This document shows, piece by piece, positions 12,501 through 24,016 of a DNA stretch of 64,000 nt; position 1 is the first letter of the stretch, and each line of letters starts with the position of its first letter. Position numbers and translations under genes: made by a program. The stretch is from NCBI GenBank assembly GCA_051294905.1, contig CM119371.1:29452001-29516000 (forward strand), written 5' to 3'. The DNA comes from Botryllus schlosseri. Taxonomy: Eukaryota. Under the pieces are notes generated by a model. The model was not told where the DNA came from. It saw nothing but the letters and a program-made list of their open reading frames with translations, and searched no databases.

Positions 12501-14418
12501 AATTTTAATGATTCGAGTCGAGTAGTGAAAGGCGATTTTTTCGAGTACTGAAATTATACACTCCTCGCAACGGAAAGTTCATTTGCTAACGAGAATTATA
12601 GTTTTGATACTATTTTTCACTGATGAAGCTTTGAAACCTTGATTGGCCGTGTCGCAGCATACGAGACATAGTACAAAGCTACGAACGTTACTGGAAATAA
12701 CCCATTTCCGAAGTCATGATCATCTCACAATATTGTAAAGAAGTGCAATGAAATCGGTATGGTCGAAAAAATACCAAAGTATCTTTAATGTGACGGATGA
12801 CAGGCATTATGTTCTTCGTGGTGGCATAAAAGGTGCATATTTGGACTTTGATATAGTACATTACTCGACTCGACTCGAAGCATTTTACGTGATTCAGAAT
12901 CGAATCACTCAGGTACTCGATTTTGCCCAGCCCTAGGGGATTCGTAGTAAAGCGCGAAAGGAGAGATAAGGCTCAGATGAGGCAAGACCAGCCAAGCCTC
13001 ACCTATGTGTAACAGCGCAACTCATCGTAAATAGCTTAGATTTTACTATCACTGATATTAATCAAATGTAATTTTGGCGTTGATTCTGAAAATCCAAGTA
13101 TTGATCGACTTCTAAAATATTCGGCGTAACATAATGTTGCGTTACACACCTACATTTTAAGGTGATAGAGAGCTACTAATTAATCAAGAAAATGGATAGG
13201 TATGGCGTTGTTTTTAATTTGAATTTATAATTGTAAATGTCACTTCAAAAAAATTATATTTCTCGGCGTGTTTAAGGAAGACAATGTGTGTCTGAAAACT
13301 GCATCGCCCTACAAGCGTCGCCATGTCTGCTATTCTCTTTCGTCAATCAAGGTATCGTGCAATCCACGATTTCTAGGCGCGCGATGGTGGCTATATCGAA
13401 TTCGCGAGTGATGTTAGTCGCCGGTGCGACATCAACTTAAATTTCGGGTCTTTAAAAGGAAGGCTCTAACACTGGACCTCTTGTCTTGACCTCTAAAAGA
13501 CATGTTTATGCAGCCACGAGAATAATTATTCTAGCTGTCATGAAAATCCACCAACGTGCTGCTAGAATATTGATAAATTAAGAACAAAATCGAAAAAGCC
13601 ATATCTCATAACAAAAAGAGCCATATATGGCTCGCAAGCCATAGGTTCCCAACCACTGTACTACGCTATCAAATCACGATAGCAGTATCATTCAAATACA
13701 TTTCTAATATCTACCATAACTACCTTATGCACAAGTACACATTATTCACAACAAACAATGAAACATGAAAACATGACATCTGGATGATATCAACATAACC
13801 TGATCAATAAACACACATTAGTCTTATAATGCCAAAGATTGACAAATATTTTCTTTCGTCAGTTTTTTATTCAGTTTTCATACCTTTACATGTGTGCTTC
13901 TTATGCTGTTAACCTATAGATGTGTTTTTGATTAAAACGCTACTTCAAGTCAGCTCGGCTCCTTTTCAACTTTTCCGCGTATTGCAACTTTGCGAGGTTT
14001 CGAATCGATAAAAATATTAATGAGACAGTTTATGAGAATCAGCACGTGAAATGTGTTTTTGGAATTTAAATGAGTTTTAAATAAGCAGTCACAAATCTCA
14101 CATGACGAAATGTCGCTGAAACAGTCGAACAAACCGCTGTTCCAATCTTCACCGTAATTTTGACGTTGACCCGACTGGATTTCAACTTCGGCGTATGGAT
14201 CGCGCCCCTGAAGGGAAGATTTTAATTAGTGTTCTCGGACCGCGTCTATACCAATATATAAACTGAAAAATCGCTATGTAGATCGTCGTGACCCGGATTA
14301 ATACCTACTTCGGAATTCCTACCTTTCCCAGTCTTTGAATCATGACTACGAATATCATGAGCATGACCATAACCATGATCATGATTTCCAAAGCTTCTCC
14401 GAAATCAACCTCTGACAT
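9513..14418 (-). CDS. PLAC8-like: PLAC8/cornifelin-family Cys-rich protein, up to 143 aa, 4 coding exons
   Basis: Exons 14418-14323, 14207-14102, 11949-11819 and 9611-9513 have GT-AG junctions, phases 0/1/0, and total 432 nt. Motifs: WNSGLFDCFSDISSC, ACCGCIYGPYLATKLDEHCC, LRSVFRVKQGIRGSICSDCC and WCGGCSVCQLAREMK. The start may instead be the in-frame ATG at 14382 if a non-coding exon (donor at 14500) is used. The symbol is family-level only. Confidence 0.9.
10356..11420 (+). mobile_element. Non-autonomous hAT-like element with a transposase C-terminal remnant
   Basis: ORF 10926-11162 contains PTTVAVERSFSISCKLL (a hAT dimerisation-type xERxFS motif). Homologous to 41635-42500 (-) and 48808-52789 (+). 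Ends approximate. Confidence 0.65.
10546..10800 (-). repeat. (GA)n microsatellite at 10546-10566, probably the (TC)n tail of a retroposon 3' end inserted in the hAT element
   Basis: The minus strand reads AATAAAGACTCTCTC.... This segment is absent from the other copies of the host element. Confidence 0.45.
12315..13658. mobile_element. hAT-type MITE carrying a nested MITE at 12454-12935
   Basis: TIRs CAGTGGTCGGGAACCT / AGGTTCCCAACCACTG; TSD CACTACGC/TACTACGC. Inner TIRs TAGGGATGGGCA / TGCCCAGCCCTA. A copy without the insert lies at 36583-37464. Confidence 0.8.
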
Positions 14419-15720
14419 AACACGAATTAAAGATATTTAATTCAATATAGTACACTAGTTCCATTGTTTTTCTTATATTGTTTCGATTTGTAGTACTTAC
14501 AGTTCTACTTGAACAGTGCCCTATGAACAACTACTGACTTGTTCAGTGTGGCGAGACAGCATAGGGGAGACCGGGGACAATTGTAACACTTTTCGTATTT
14601 TCCAACATTACGTGCTTTTCTCGTGGAAATTTCACTTCCAAAGTTTTATTTAAAGAAGCCAACAACTCGATAGTTGATATGAAAACTAAATTGGAACACA
14701 ATCAACAATCAATCATGGAAATTTTGGGTCGCAAAAATCGCTGCTCAAATGTTACAATCGCCCCGTACCCAGGGGCAATTGTACCACCCTTGCGGGGCAA
14801 TTGTAACAGTGTTATTTATAACTAAACACAAACTAAATGAACAACGAAAACGGAAGCACAAATTGTAATATTGCATGAAACTAAAGGATGAGACGTTTGA
14901 ACGCTTCCAGGCTACGTCCCATCCCATTTATGGCATCTGAATGCAATATCACCCTTCGTGTCTTGTTCAAGCTTAAAGTGTACAAGAGACACATTCATTC
15001 CATCATCTCCCTACACATATTCGGCCTCTTCTACCAAGGTTCTGTTGTTCAGCGGGCATAATGGGTTGGTCATTCGGTCACCTGCGAAGGTGCGAAACCG
15101 ACCTGGCTAACATATCTTGGTTGAATGGGCCGATGATAGTGTAGTAAAACAAGGACGCAACATTGTGTGGCGTCAAAGCTATAATGACATTTATCTGTGC
15201 TGTAGAAAATTAACATAAATTGTTCACATCAAATATCAAAATGTAAGTGGGCCATGATCAAAGTCAGAGGACGAGAATTAAGCCATGACTATTGAAGTTC
15301 AACACACCAAAAGTCGATCAACATGAGAAAGCGTGGTTGAATCACGAAAATAACCGAACCGTCAGATTCACATCACCACTATTGTATGGCCGTTTCGACA
15401 GATGATCATGTTAGAATTGGTATCGCAAGGCAGTATCTGTTCTGGTGAACTTCTAGCTGTTGCAAGATTATTCTGCAATAGATGAATGGTAATACCAACA
15501 TATGAAAAAAGACATTCAGAATTGTTAACATATTGTTACGGGGCAAAAGTAACAGAGTGTTACGATTGCCCCTGACACGCACGACCATGATTAGTGTCTC
15601 AGTATGGTACCTTCCCGGCGATGCAAGTCCTATTCTTTCCATCACCACGGTAGACTATAGTAACATTGTTCCAGCTACACATATTACGTTGTAACTACTT
15701 GAGGTACTATTCGTATAGAC

Positions 15721-16827
15721 CAGTGGTTCCCAACCTTTTATCACCCACGTACCATTTCGAGGTTTTATGCAGTGCTCGCGTACCACCTACATAAGTTATG
15801 CACGCCGAAAGCGGTCAAAAATGTTTCCGTCATTTATGACGGCATAATCACGTATTTGACCTATGCGATGCGTAATAGCAAATGCTATTAAACTAGGCAT
15901 TATTAGCCAGGGTTGATGGGATGCATGGAATTGTTTTTTCACCACCAGTCATAAGAAGAATAACATAATGAAATAACAGCAAACAACAAACGTCAATTTA
16001 TTTAATTCGATGGCTGCATTTGTTTATTTTCCACTAGCTCAGCGGTTCTCAAACTTATTAGACACGCCCCCTTTTATGATAGTGAAACATTTTGCGCTCC
16101 CTTTATCGTCATATCACAAAATGCAACCAGAATGCTAGCAATCCTAGTGAATAATTTGATGGCATGGAAGGTTTGTTTTTGTTTTGGAGTATTCATGGTG
16201 TTTGTCGACTACTGCGGTCATTTACACCAGGCCGATATTCTTCATTATTTTCCGTAACTGCCGACTTATAGCACGGCCCACCTCTAGGCTTTTCGTAATA
16301 TACCGCTTACGCGGATGAGGTGGCGAGGAGGATGGCATGGAAGGTTATAACAGTTGATAAGAGAATTCTGAAATATGAAATCAGGACGATGCACAGAGCA
16401 AAAACAATGAAATTTTTTCAGTTGGCCGCAGCTTCGCGTCACCCTTCACATGCTTTCACGCCCTCCAGTTTGAGAACCACTGTACTATAGCTGGTTGATG
16501 CGTGTCATATGTTTGCTCACAGCGAATCGAAAGTCATGCATGGGCGCAACAAGTCGGTTTCGTTTCTACGACTGAATAGTCACCAGAGATGAAAATTCTT
16601 GGTCCTCCCATGTAGAAGGGAAAATTACCATCTGGGTGAAAAGCTAGAGTCGAGTATGAGGAGACCATCCTAAGTCTGAAGTTTATTGGAGAAAAATCTT
16701 TGTGTTCAATCCCACCTGAACTAATAACTCCTTTCGATCGAAGGAAAAAACAGAATCCACTCGCGTACCACCTGGAAGACCTTCGCGTACCACTAGTGGT
16801 ACGCGTACCACAGGTTGGGAACCACTG
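15721..16827. mobile_element. hAT-type MITE (contains MITE 16040-16482)
   Basis: TIRs CAGTGGTTCCCAACCT / AGGTTGGGAACCACTG with a perfect 8-bp TSD GTATAGAC. Inner TIRs CAGCGGTTCTCAAACT / AGTTTGAGAACCACTG. Confidence 0.85.
16174..16330 (-). mobile_element. 5'-truncated SINE with a 16-bp TSD
   Basis: TSD GATGGCATGGAAGGTT at 16158-16173 and 16331-16346. The body matches 7471-7691 in reverse. Confidence 0.85.
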
Positions 16828-17070
16828 GTATAGACAAATTATTCCAGACCAGAAAAACTTTACTCAAGGGTCGAAAATTTCGTTTTTTGCAAATTATTCC
16901 GGGGTTTCGCATCGTAGCTCAACGTAACTCCAGGTATAATAGGAGAGATAACTACTGCATGCGCACTTAAAATATCAAGCTGATTTCTCCATCCTACTAG
17001 CGGTGAGGTCGATTGTTACATTTGCCCCTAGTTACATTTGTCCTCGGTCTCCACTAGTGATATAATCCAC

Positions 17071-17300
17071 AGCTGCAACACCGATGTATTGCGGGTTCGA
17101 GTCCGACTCCGGAATTCGTACTATGTTGGTCTTTTATCTAGGCTTATCCTCGTCATCTCATCCGTGTAAGCGGTGTCTTATAAGAGCATAAAAGTGGGCC
17201 GTGCTACAAGTCGGCAGCTACGGAACAAAAATGAAGAAAATTGTCCTGGTGTAAATGACCACAGTAGTCGACAAACACCATGAAAACCACAAAACAAAGA
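17071..17300 (+). mobile_element. tRNA-derived SINE
   Basis: B-box GGGTTCGAGTCC; body and tail as in 7471-7691. Confidence 0.75.
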
Positions 17301-19590
17301 AAATGACTTCTTGCAAGTTGGATTTGTAAAGTTGAAAATAGTCTTACGAGTATTTTGGATATTTTATGAGTAGGTCTCTCATGAAAAACCTCTCGAAATA
17401 GCCTCGGTATCACGGTAACTAGTATATAGGCTATTCGACGATATAGTCTATTTCTACTGTCACGAATAATTTTGCGTTCGCCAGGAAGCTATATATATTG
17501 CTATGAAGATTCACTTGATACGACCACTAGACGAAATTTATTTCGGAAGTACTTACTTGATTAGTTTCAGACAGGAAATTTATGCTTCCACTCGAAGTAT
17601 TTTGACATGCCTAGAAAACCAATACTTCTACTTGAATATGAACGGCTATCATTATGACCACATCTGGTACTATGGTGTTTAAATTGTATGTATGCTATAT
17701 ATGCAACTATAGATATATATACTATACATCCTAAAATATAGGCATTGATTTAGACATCGTGACGTGATCATTTGGAGCAAAGCAATAAACTGTGATGTGA
17801 TCACAGGTTTAACCCACACCGCTGTATATCTATACGGTTTTGGTGCATGGTATTGGCATAATCATTGTGGAAACTATCTTCGTGACTAACGCATTTACAT
17901 TGAATCGTTTCAGATCTCAAAACATTCAAATAATTCTCAATATCTCCGAGTACTGTATTATTGATTCGTTGCTGTTGTGTGTGGTATTCATGGTGTTTTT
18001 CGACTACAGTGGTCCTTTACATCAGGCCGATATTCATTATTTTCGAATGGTCCTAACATAATTTGAGCAAATAGAAAGTTTTATGATCTCAAGGCAATGC
18101 CATGGATTCCCGTTGCCGGAAGTATTTATGCACGTCGACATTTTTAGGATATATATTTTATTATCTTCACTCTATGATTTCCTATATAAGACAAATTCTC
18201 CACTTTTGATTGTCAAGGATCGCTGTGATACATCTCCTGCATCGCTGTCGTACAACGTCAGCTATACTAATCTATTGTCAATATATATTTCTCCCTTCAA
18301 TGGTTTATGTTGAGAAGTATTGTAGACGTGAAGAAACGTCACGGATTAGCCTATACCTAATAAACACTTCTAAGGTTGCAGTCATGGTTCAGGGAGAATC
18401 ACAAATATGACAGAAATACAGTAATAGTTTTTCGATACGAACACCTAAAAATTATTGAATCACTTTACCTCTATTGTTTGGACTCTGGCCATTTTTTCTA
18501 TTTGATGAGACGCTTTGAATAAATACAGGAGAGCTTAGAAGGTTATCTCAAATGTTACGCTGCCGGAATCAGCGACAATCAGCAGACCAGAATGTATCGC
18601 AATCGCAAACAATTATTGAAATTCAACCTCTGTAAAATAGCGTAAATGTGTATCAAGAATGTGTTACATTTCTGCATGCAGTCATTCCCGTCGGCGACAG
18701 ACGCTAACAAAAATTGATGACCCACCCAATTTGCAATTGAACGCTTCGTTTTCTAATTGATATCTTGTTTCATTTGTTGCAAAATACCAGAAAGGGTTCC
18801 AGTAGCAATTGATCCATCGTTCGGGTGTGGTGTGAACGCGAGGTCCACGATCGCGGTCTGCTGGTGAACCTCAGAAATTGAGACGTTCACGTTCACAAAC
18901 GAATATTCGTAGTTCTGCACCGTAAACATCTTTCAGGTAATACAATTTTCAAGGTAAATGTCACATCTTTGGTTGAAATTCTTTTCATTTTAACTTAGCG
19001 CCACTCGCTGCAGGGCGCTGGCAACATGATGAAAATTCAGCGCTACACATCTTACCACCAATTTAAACATTTTTTTACTTGTTTTGGGGCAAAGGCTCGC
19101 TCGAAATGTTCAGGTTGCCTACTGCACCATCTAATGTCACTCCATTTTTCTTCAGCGCCCCCGATACCTCCCTCCGAGCCAAGCCACATGATATCGCTCA
19201 CTGCAAGTATTCACCCCCTTCATAATCCAAATCGTCCCCAGGGGGCGCTTGAGTACGAGTCAAGAAACACTGAATTAATACAATCAGCACGAAGTCCTAT
19301 CGGTCGGCATAATATGGCTTAAATACCTAATCAGCATTCGAAATCTGAAACTTGATATGGTGTTTACTTCCAGAGCCGTATCTCTGTACTTATACACTGG
19401 AAGATCCAAGTGAAGGCCCAGTAACTCGTACGGAAGTCTTTCTCTTTCTGACGTTCCACACCGAGTGAAGGAGGACCTTTTGAGAATGTTACATTGAGTC
19501 CTAATCACCAAGAACTGGAGTCACTGAAGCTATATCTAAACCGAAGTCAATAATATAACTGGGGAACTGTTGATCGTTTACGTATATATA

Positions 19591-20273
19591 TGGTTGCCAG
19601 TGAACTCGGCACTTTGTGAACTCGGCACGTTGAACTCGGCACATTGAACTCGGCTCTTGGTGAACTCGGCACTTCATTTGACCATAGATGCTGTGCAATC
19701 TCTATTATTTTACGATTATTTTATGACAATCCAGTATTTCCCCGTGACACCAATAAATGTTTCTCATGAACACATAGGAACTTATAAAGACCAAAATAAT
19801 TATTTTTTGCCTTGGAGAGACGGATATTCTAAATTAAATTTCCCACGTTCTACCCTATTATCTCTCACCCCCAACCTTCACTTATATTTTGTTAGCCGGA
19901 TGTTTAGCTAATGTCACCCTTCAACCTGCTTCTAACCAGCTACCTGTGACAAAATCACACCTTCCTATGTAAGCATTAGCATTAGCGTTAGCATTAAAAT
20001 GATAAAATTGCTAATAAACCGAAGCATTGACTAATAAATAACTAATAAACTAATAAATAAAACAACAGATATAAGTAAGAAGAAAATAAAAAATCAGGAT
20101 TGTTGTGGTGAATTGAACTGCTGAAATCTGCAATAAACCGAACGGTACCGAACTACCGGTAGCGATGATCCTGAATGATTTCATCTTCCTGCGAACAAAG
20201 TATACTTAAAATCTGATCATTCACATCGAATTAATTACGCCGAGTTCAATGTGCCGAGTTCACAAAGGACCCA
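19591..20273. mobile_element. MITE with tandem subterminal TGAACTCGGCAC repeats
   Basis: Five GAACTCGGC units on the left and two inverted GCCGAGTTCA units on the right. Confidence 0.65.
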
Positions 20274-20880
20274 GTTCAGTGGCAATCATATATATTTGTA
20301 GAAAGACGCCTAACAAAAGCTGAACAACAGGTTAAAATGCAGTATATTTGCAGCCACCTATACCTAGATACAGGATCAGTTCTGTATACTTGAATTCCAA
20401 TTAGCTGGCGATCTTTGTTTAAGTCAACTGCAAAACTAATAGCAACCACATCATATAAAATCACTAGTAAACATTGTTTCCGAAAGATTAACGAGATATG
20501 TCTGCGGTCGTTAAAATGCCAGTGCGTGAAGAATAACGAAAAACGCAACCACCAAACGGAAACTACTTGATTGATTTACTGGAGTACAATTTTATTTTAT
20601 GCACGTCCATGAAATCGACAAGATGAATTCCTGGGAAGGCGTTCCGTTTGCTTACACAGGGAAGAGAAAGAAAACCAGCGACGGGAATCCTTTGTTTGAA
20701 CTTTGCGAAATAATTTATTTGACACGACAATTCAAGTTAATGGGATTCGTGGCGAGGACAATAAAAATGAATGTGGGAGCTCCTGGTTCGTATGAGAACA
20801 TCCGTAAAGGTACTGCACGAACTTGTGCAGTAGGAGGGATATTTCCAATCAAACGTGTGTTTACAGTACATATATATACA

Positions 20881-20955
20881 TTGTTTTTGTTATTTTGGGT
20901 ATTCATGGTGTTGACCTCGGTCGGACTCGAACGCGTACCCATTGGTGTTGCAGCC
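20881..20955 (-). mobile_element. Internally deleted SINE (head fused to tail)
   Basis: The minus strand reads GGCTGCAACACCAATGGGTACGCGTTCGAGTCCGACCGAGGTC joined directly to AACACCATGAATACCCAAAATAACAAAAACAA. Confidence 0.65.
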
Positions 20956-21594
20956 ATTGGTGTTACATATATGTTTATATACATTGACGAAGATTTTGAC
21001 GAAAGTAGCAAAACTACGGACGGGATTATTTAAAACTTTAATTTCATAGGCGTAATATTAGAAGCTGCTTTTGCCTTTTAGTCCATACACCTGTCTATAC
21101 TAGGAATGGCCGAATTAGTAGTCATTAAACATAGTGCATTTGATGCAATTCAAAAGATATCCCCCGTGCGCTGTGACTGAACGAAATTTCATTGTCACAG
21201 GATGTTTTAAGATGTCGTCAAACAAAATTCTATCAAATCCAAACTATATGCGGTCGAAAGGCAGCCGTTTTCGCGCCTAGTATTCTAGGAATGCTCATTG
21301 GGAATATTCGAAGATAAGGAACTACTGTTGCACCATGAAGCCGATGTAACATCTCCGTTTCTCCGGACGTAGATCACTCTGGGACCGCACATAAATTATT
21401 ACCCATATAGCCCAAGAAATGGCAGTGGAATGAGACATTACATCATTAATAACTGATATGGCGTGATTTGTCAAATGAATTTCTAAAAAATCAGTAATAA
21501 TTAAAGAACTTCTCGGAGGTACAGAACTTCAATATACAATTACTTGATTCATTAACCCTAAGCCTAAAACGCTAGAGTTAATTTCCATGGTTTT

Positions 21595-22075
21595 AAGCAA
21601 GTCACGAGTCATTCTCATTTTTTATAGTTTTGACTGGAGTCAAGTCGAGAAATTTTCAATTCACCACCGTCTCAAGTCCGAGTCCATGTCAGCTATAGTA
21701 TAGCTATAGAGGGTCGAGTCCGAGTCATATTGTTTTGACTCAAGTCCGAGTCATTATGTTCACTGTTCAGTTTTCAGTTCAATCCGGTTCAAACCACATT
21801 TTTTCAACTTTGCCCGAGTGATCTGGAATGGCTTGCATTCATAATATCGAAATTTTCCTCAGTTTCTGGCCATATTTTAAAGTAGCAGGACTGCGATAGA
21901 CGAAATACCAATCATGTGGTAACTAACTATTCTTCGGAATTACAATGATATGACTGTCTTAGCTGTCCTAGTCTCGAGTCATATGACTTAGTGCGAGTCA
22001 TACACAACGACTCGGGTACAATTCGAGTCAATATTCACATTTGAAAAAATGTGTCGAATCAAGTCGTTACACCAA
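21595..22075. repeat. GAGTC/GACTC-rich MITE family copy
   Basis: Numerous GAGTC(C)GAGTC units. Internal sequence is shared with ~24110-24565, and a related element lies at ~34550-34841. Confidence 0.55.
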
Positions 22076-22852
22076 AAAAGGCTAATTCGAAGCTGTTACA
22101 TTTAATTTAATTTGTATTTTAGTAATCAGTGCGACACGAGCTTTCGATTAGGAACAGTTTTGTAGCATTCAGTAGCATCTGAGCACTTGGATTGCCAGCT
22201 ATAGGATAATCAATTACACTGGTTTTAGCCGGCTCAGCAGTCAGCACTAGACCGCTCTGAATATTCAAGTGTGACGACAGAGTTGCGCGTCTATCCGTAG
22301 GTTAGTGATCTAGAGTCCCAGTAAATGGCTTGAATAGTACGGGTTCTATAACACCACCCTAGTTTTAACACATAAATCCTTGCGTACACGACGACGTCAT
22401 TGTAACGAACTTCGATTTTCTCCTATATTGACGTCAGAACTCTTCAATTGCAACTTCACAGTTGATTCACGATCATGTTATATGGTTCTTTCGAGACTGC
22501 AATTGAAAATATAGGGTTGATATGGCTCCATTGACGAAAAAAGGATTCATTTCCTTGTCTTGAACGCACTAAAGAATACCTTTGAACAGGTCTACTTCAT
22601 TATATACCGCTTTTACTGTTTGCGATCACCCTCTTCAGAACATCCATTCGGATCCAGTCCTATACAGTCTGCGTGTTATAACTTATGAAACGAACGCTAG
22701 AATGTAGGGGGTGTTAATGACTCTACGTCGTATATACGTTTCCTATTTCTATTTCGAAACGTCCGAATATTTATACTATATGTTTTTTGAACAGCTTCTT
22801 TGAGGTACAGAACTTCAATATACAATTGAATAGTATATTCATATTAAAATGA

Positions 22853-22896
22853 ACCCGAATATTTTCGGCTGACACTCGTCAGGGGTAATCGTCAGC
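22853..22896 (-). ncRNA. Minimal type I hammerhead ribozyme (inverted copy)
   Basis: Reverse complement of 23973-24016. Confidence 0.85.
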
Positions 22897-23972
22897 AACT
22901 AGTAGAGAATTCGAAAGAACAGCGTATATTAACAATCGTAACACAAAATATGACGTCACCAGCACGAAATGTCGAATACGAGAGCGTTCAATGTACTATT
23001 TTTAGATGATACACGAACTCTTTTTGTTGACACAGCCTTGGCTGGTGTATTTTGATAAAAGTCGACTCCAAGGCGCACAAATGAAAGTGTGAGCGACCCT
23101 TTCCGAGTATGCGAAATCTGTCGTCTCGATAATTTTTCGCACAGGCGGGATTATCCAACAAGTGTTTGCCAATTGTAGAATTTATGGCCTTTGATTGGTC
23201 CGCATCAGTCTTGAGCGGGTGAGTTAAGGGTGAGCTTTTCATCGAGCGTGTTCTAATGAATCTAGGGACATGCTGATTTACGCGTTCCTGCAAGCGCTTT
23301 GACGTTCTTCCCACGTAGCCACAATCACAGTGGCACTTAAATTCGTAAGCTACATTGCTTTGCTGAAGTGCGGGTAGCACGTCTTTACGTGTTGCGGGGA
23401 GCAGTTGCGTTGTCGTGAAAATCACGACACAGTGAAGACCAACGTGATTTTCACGACAACGCAACTGCTCCCCGCAACACGTAAAGACGTGCTACCCGCA
23501 CTTCAGCAAAGCAATGTAGTTTACGAATTTAAGTGCCACTGTGATTGTGGCTACGTGGGAAGAACGTCAAAGCGCTTGCAGGAACGCGTAAATCAGCATG
23601 TCCCTAGATTCATTAGAACACGCTCGATGAAAAGCTCACCCTTAACTCACCCGCTCAAGATTGATGCGGACCAATCAAAGGCCATAAATTCTGCAATTGG
23701 CAAACACTTGTTGGATAATCCCGCCTGTGCGAAAAATTATCGAGACGACAGATTTCGCATACTCGGAAAGGGTCGCTCACACTTTCATTTGTGCGCCTTA
23801 GAGTCGACTTTTATCAAAATACACCAGCCAAGGCTGTGTCAACAAAAAGAGTTCGTGTATCATCTAAAAATAGTACATTGAACGCTCTCGTATTCGACAT
23901 TTCGTGCTGGTGACGTCATATTTTGTGTTACGATTGTTGATATACGCTGTTCTTTCGAATTCTCTACTAGTT

Positions 23973-24016
23973 GCTGACGATTACCCCTGACGAGTGTCAG
24001 CCGAAAATATTCGGGT
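23973..24016 (+). ncRNA. Minimal type I hammerhead ribozyme (Penelope-associated)
   Basis: ACCC-CUGACGA-G-UGUCAGC-C-GAAA-AUAU-UC^-GGGU: intact core, stem I ACCC/GGGU, palindromic helix III (AAUAUU). Predicted cleavage after 24012. Confidence 0.85.

Larger units (their letters stand above)
14564..17054. mobile_element. Tc1/mariner/pogo-type non-autonomous element with nested insertions
   Basis: TA-flanked TIRs GGGGAGACCGGGGACAATTGTAAC / GTTACATTTGTCCTCGGTCTCCAC, with subterminal GGGGCAATTGTAAC repeats. Confidence 0.75.

Noticed and set aside
12619..12645. CTGATGA...GAAA hammerhead-like string (also CTGATGAAGAC near 25121)
   Set aside because: No convincing stems or UH cleavage site; the second string has no GAAA.
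19597..19675. CRISPR-like repeat array
   Set aside because: Units are ~12 nt with 2-6-nt gaps, mirrored at the other end of a MITE, in a eukaryotic context with no cas genes.
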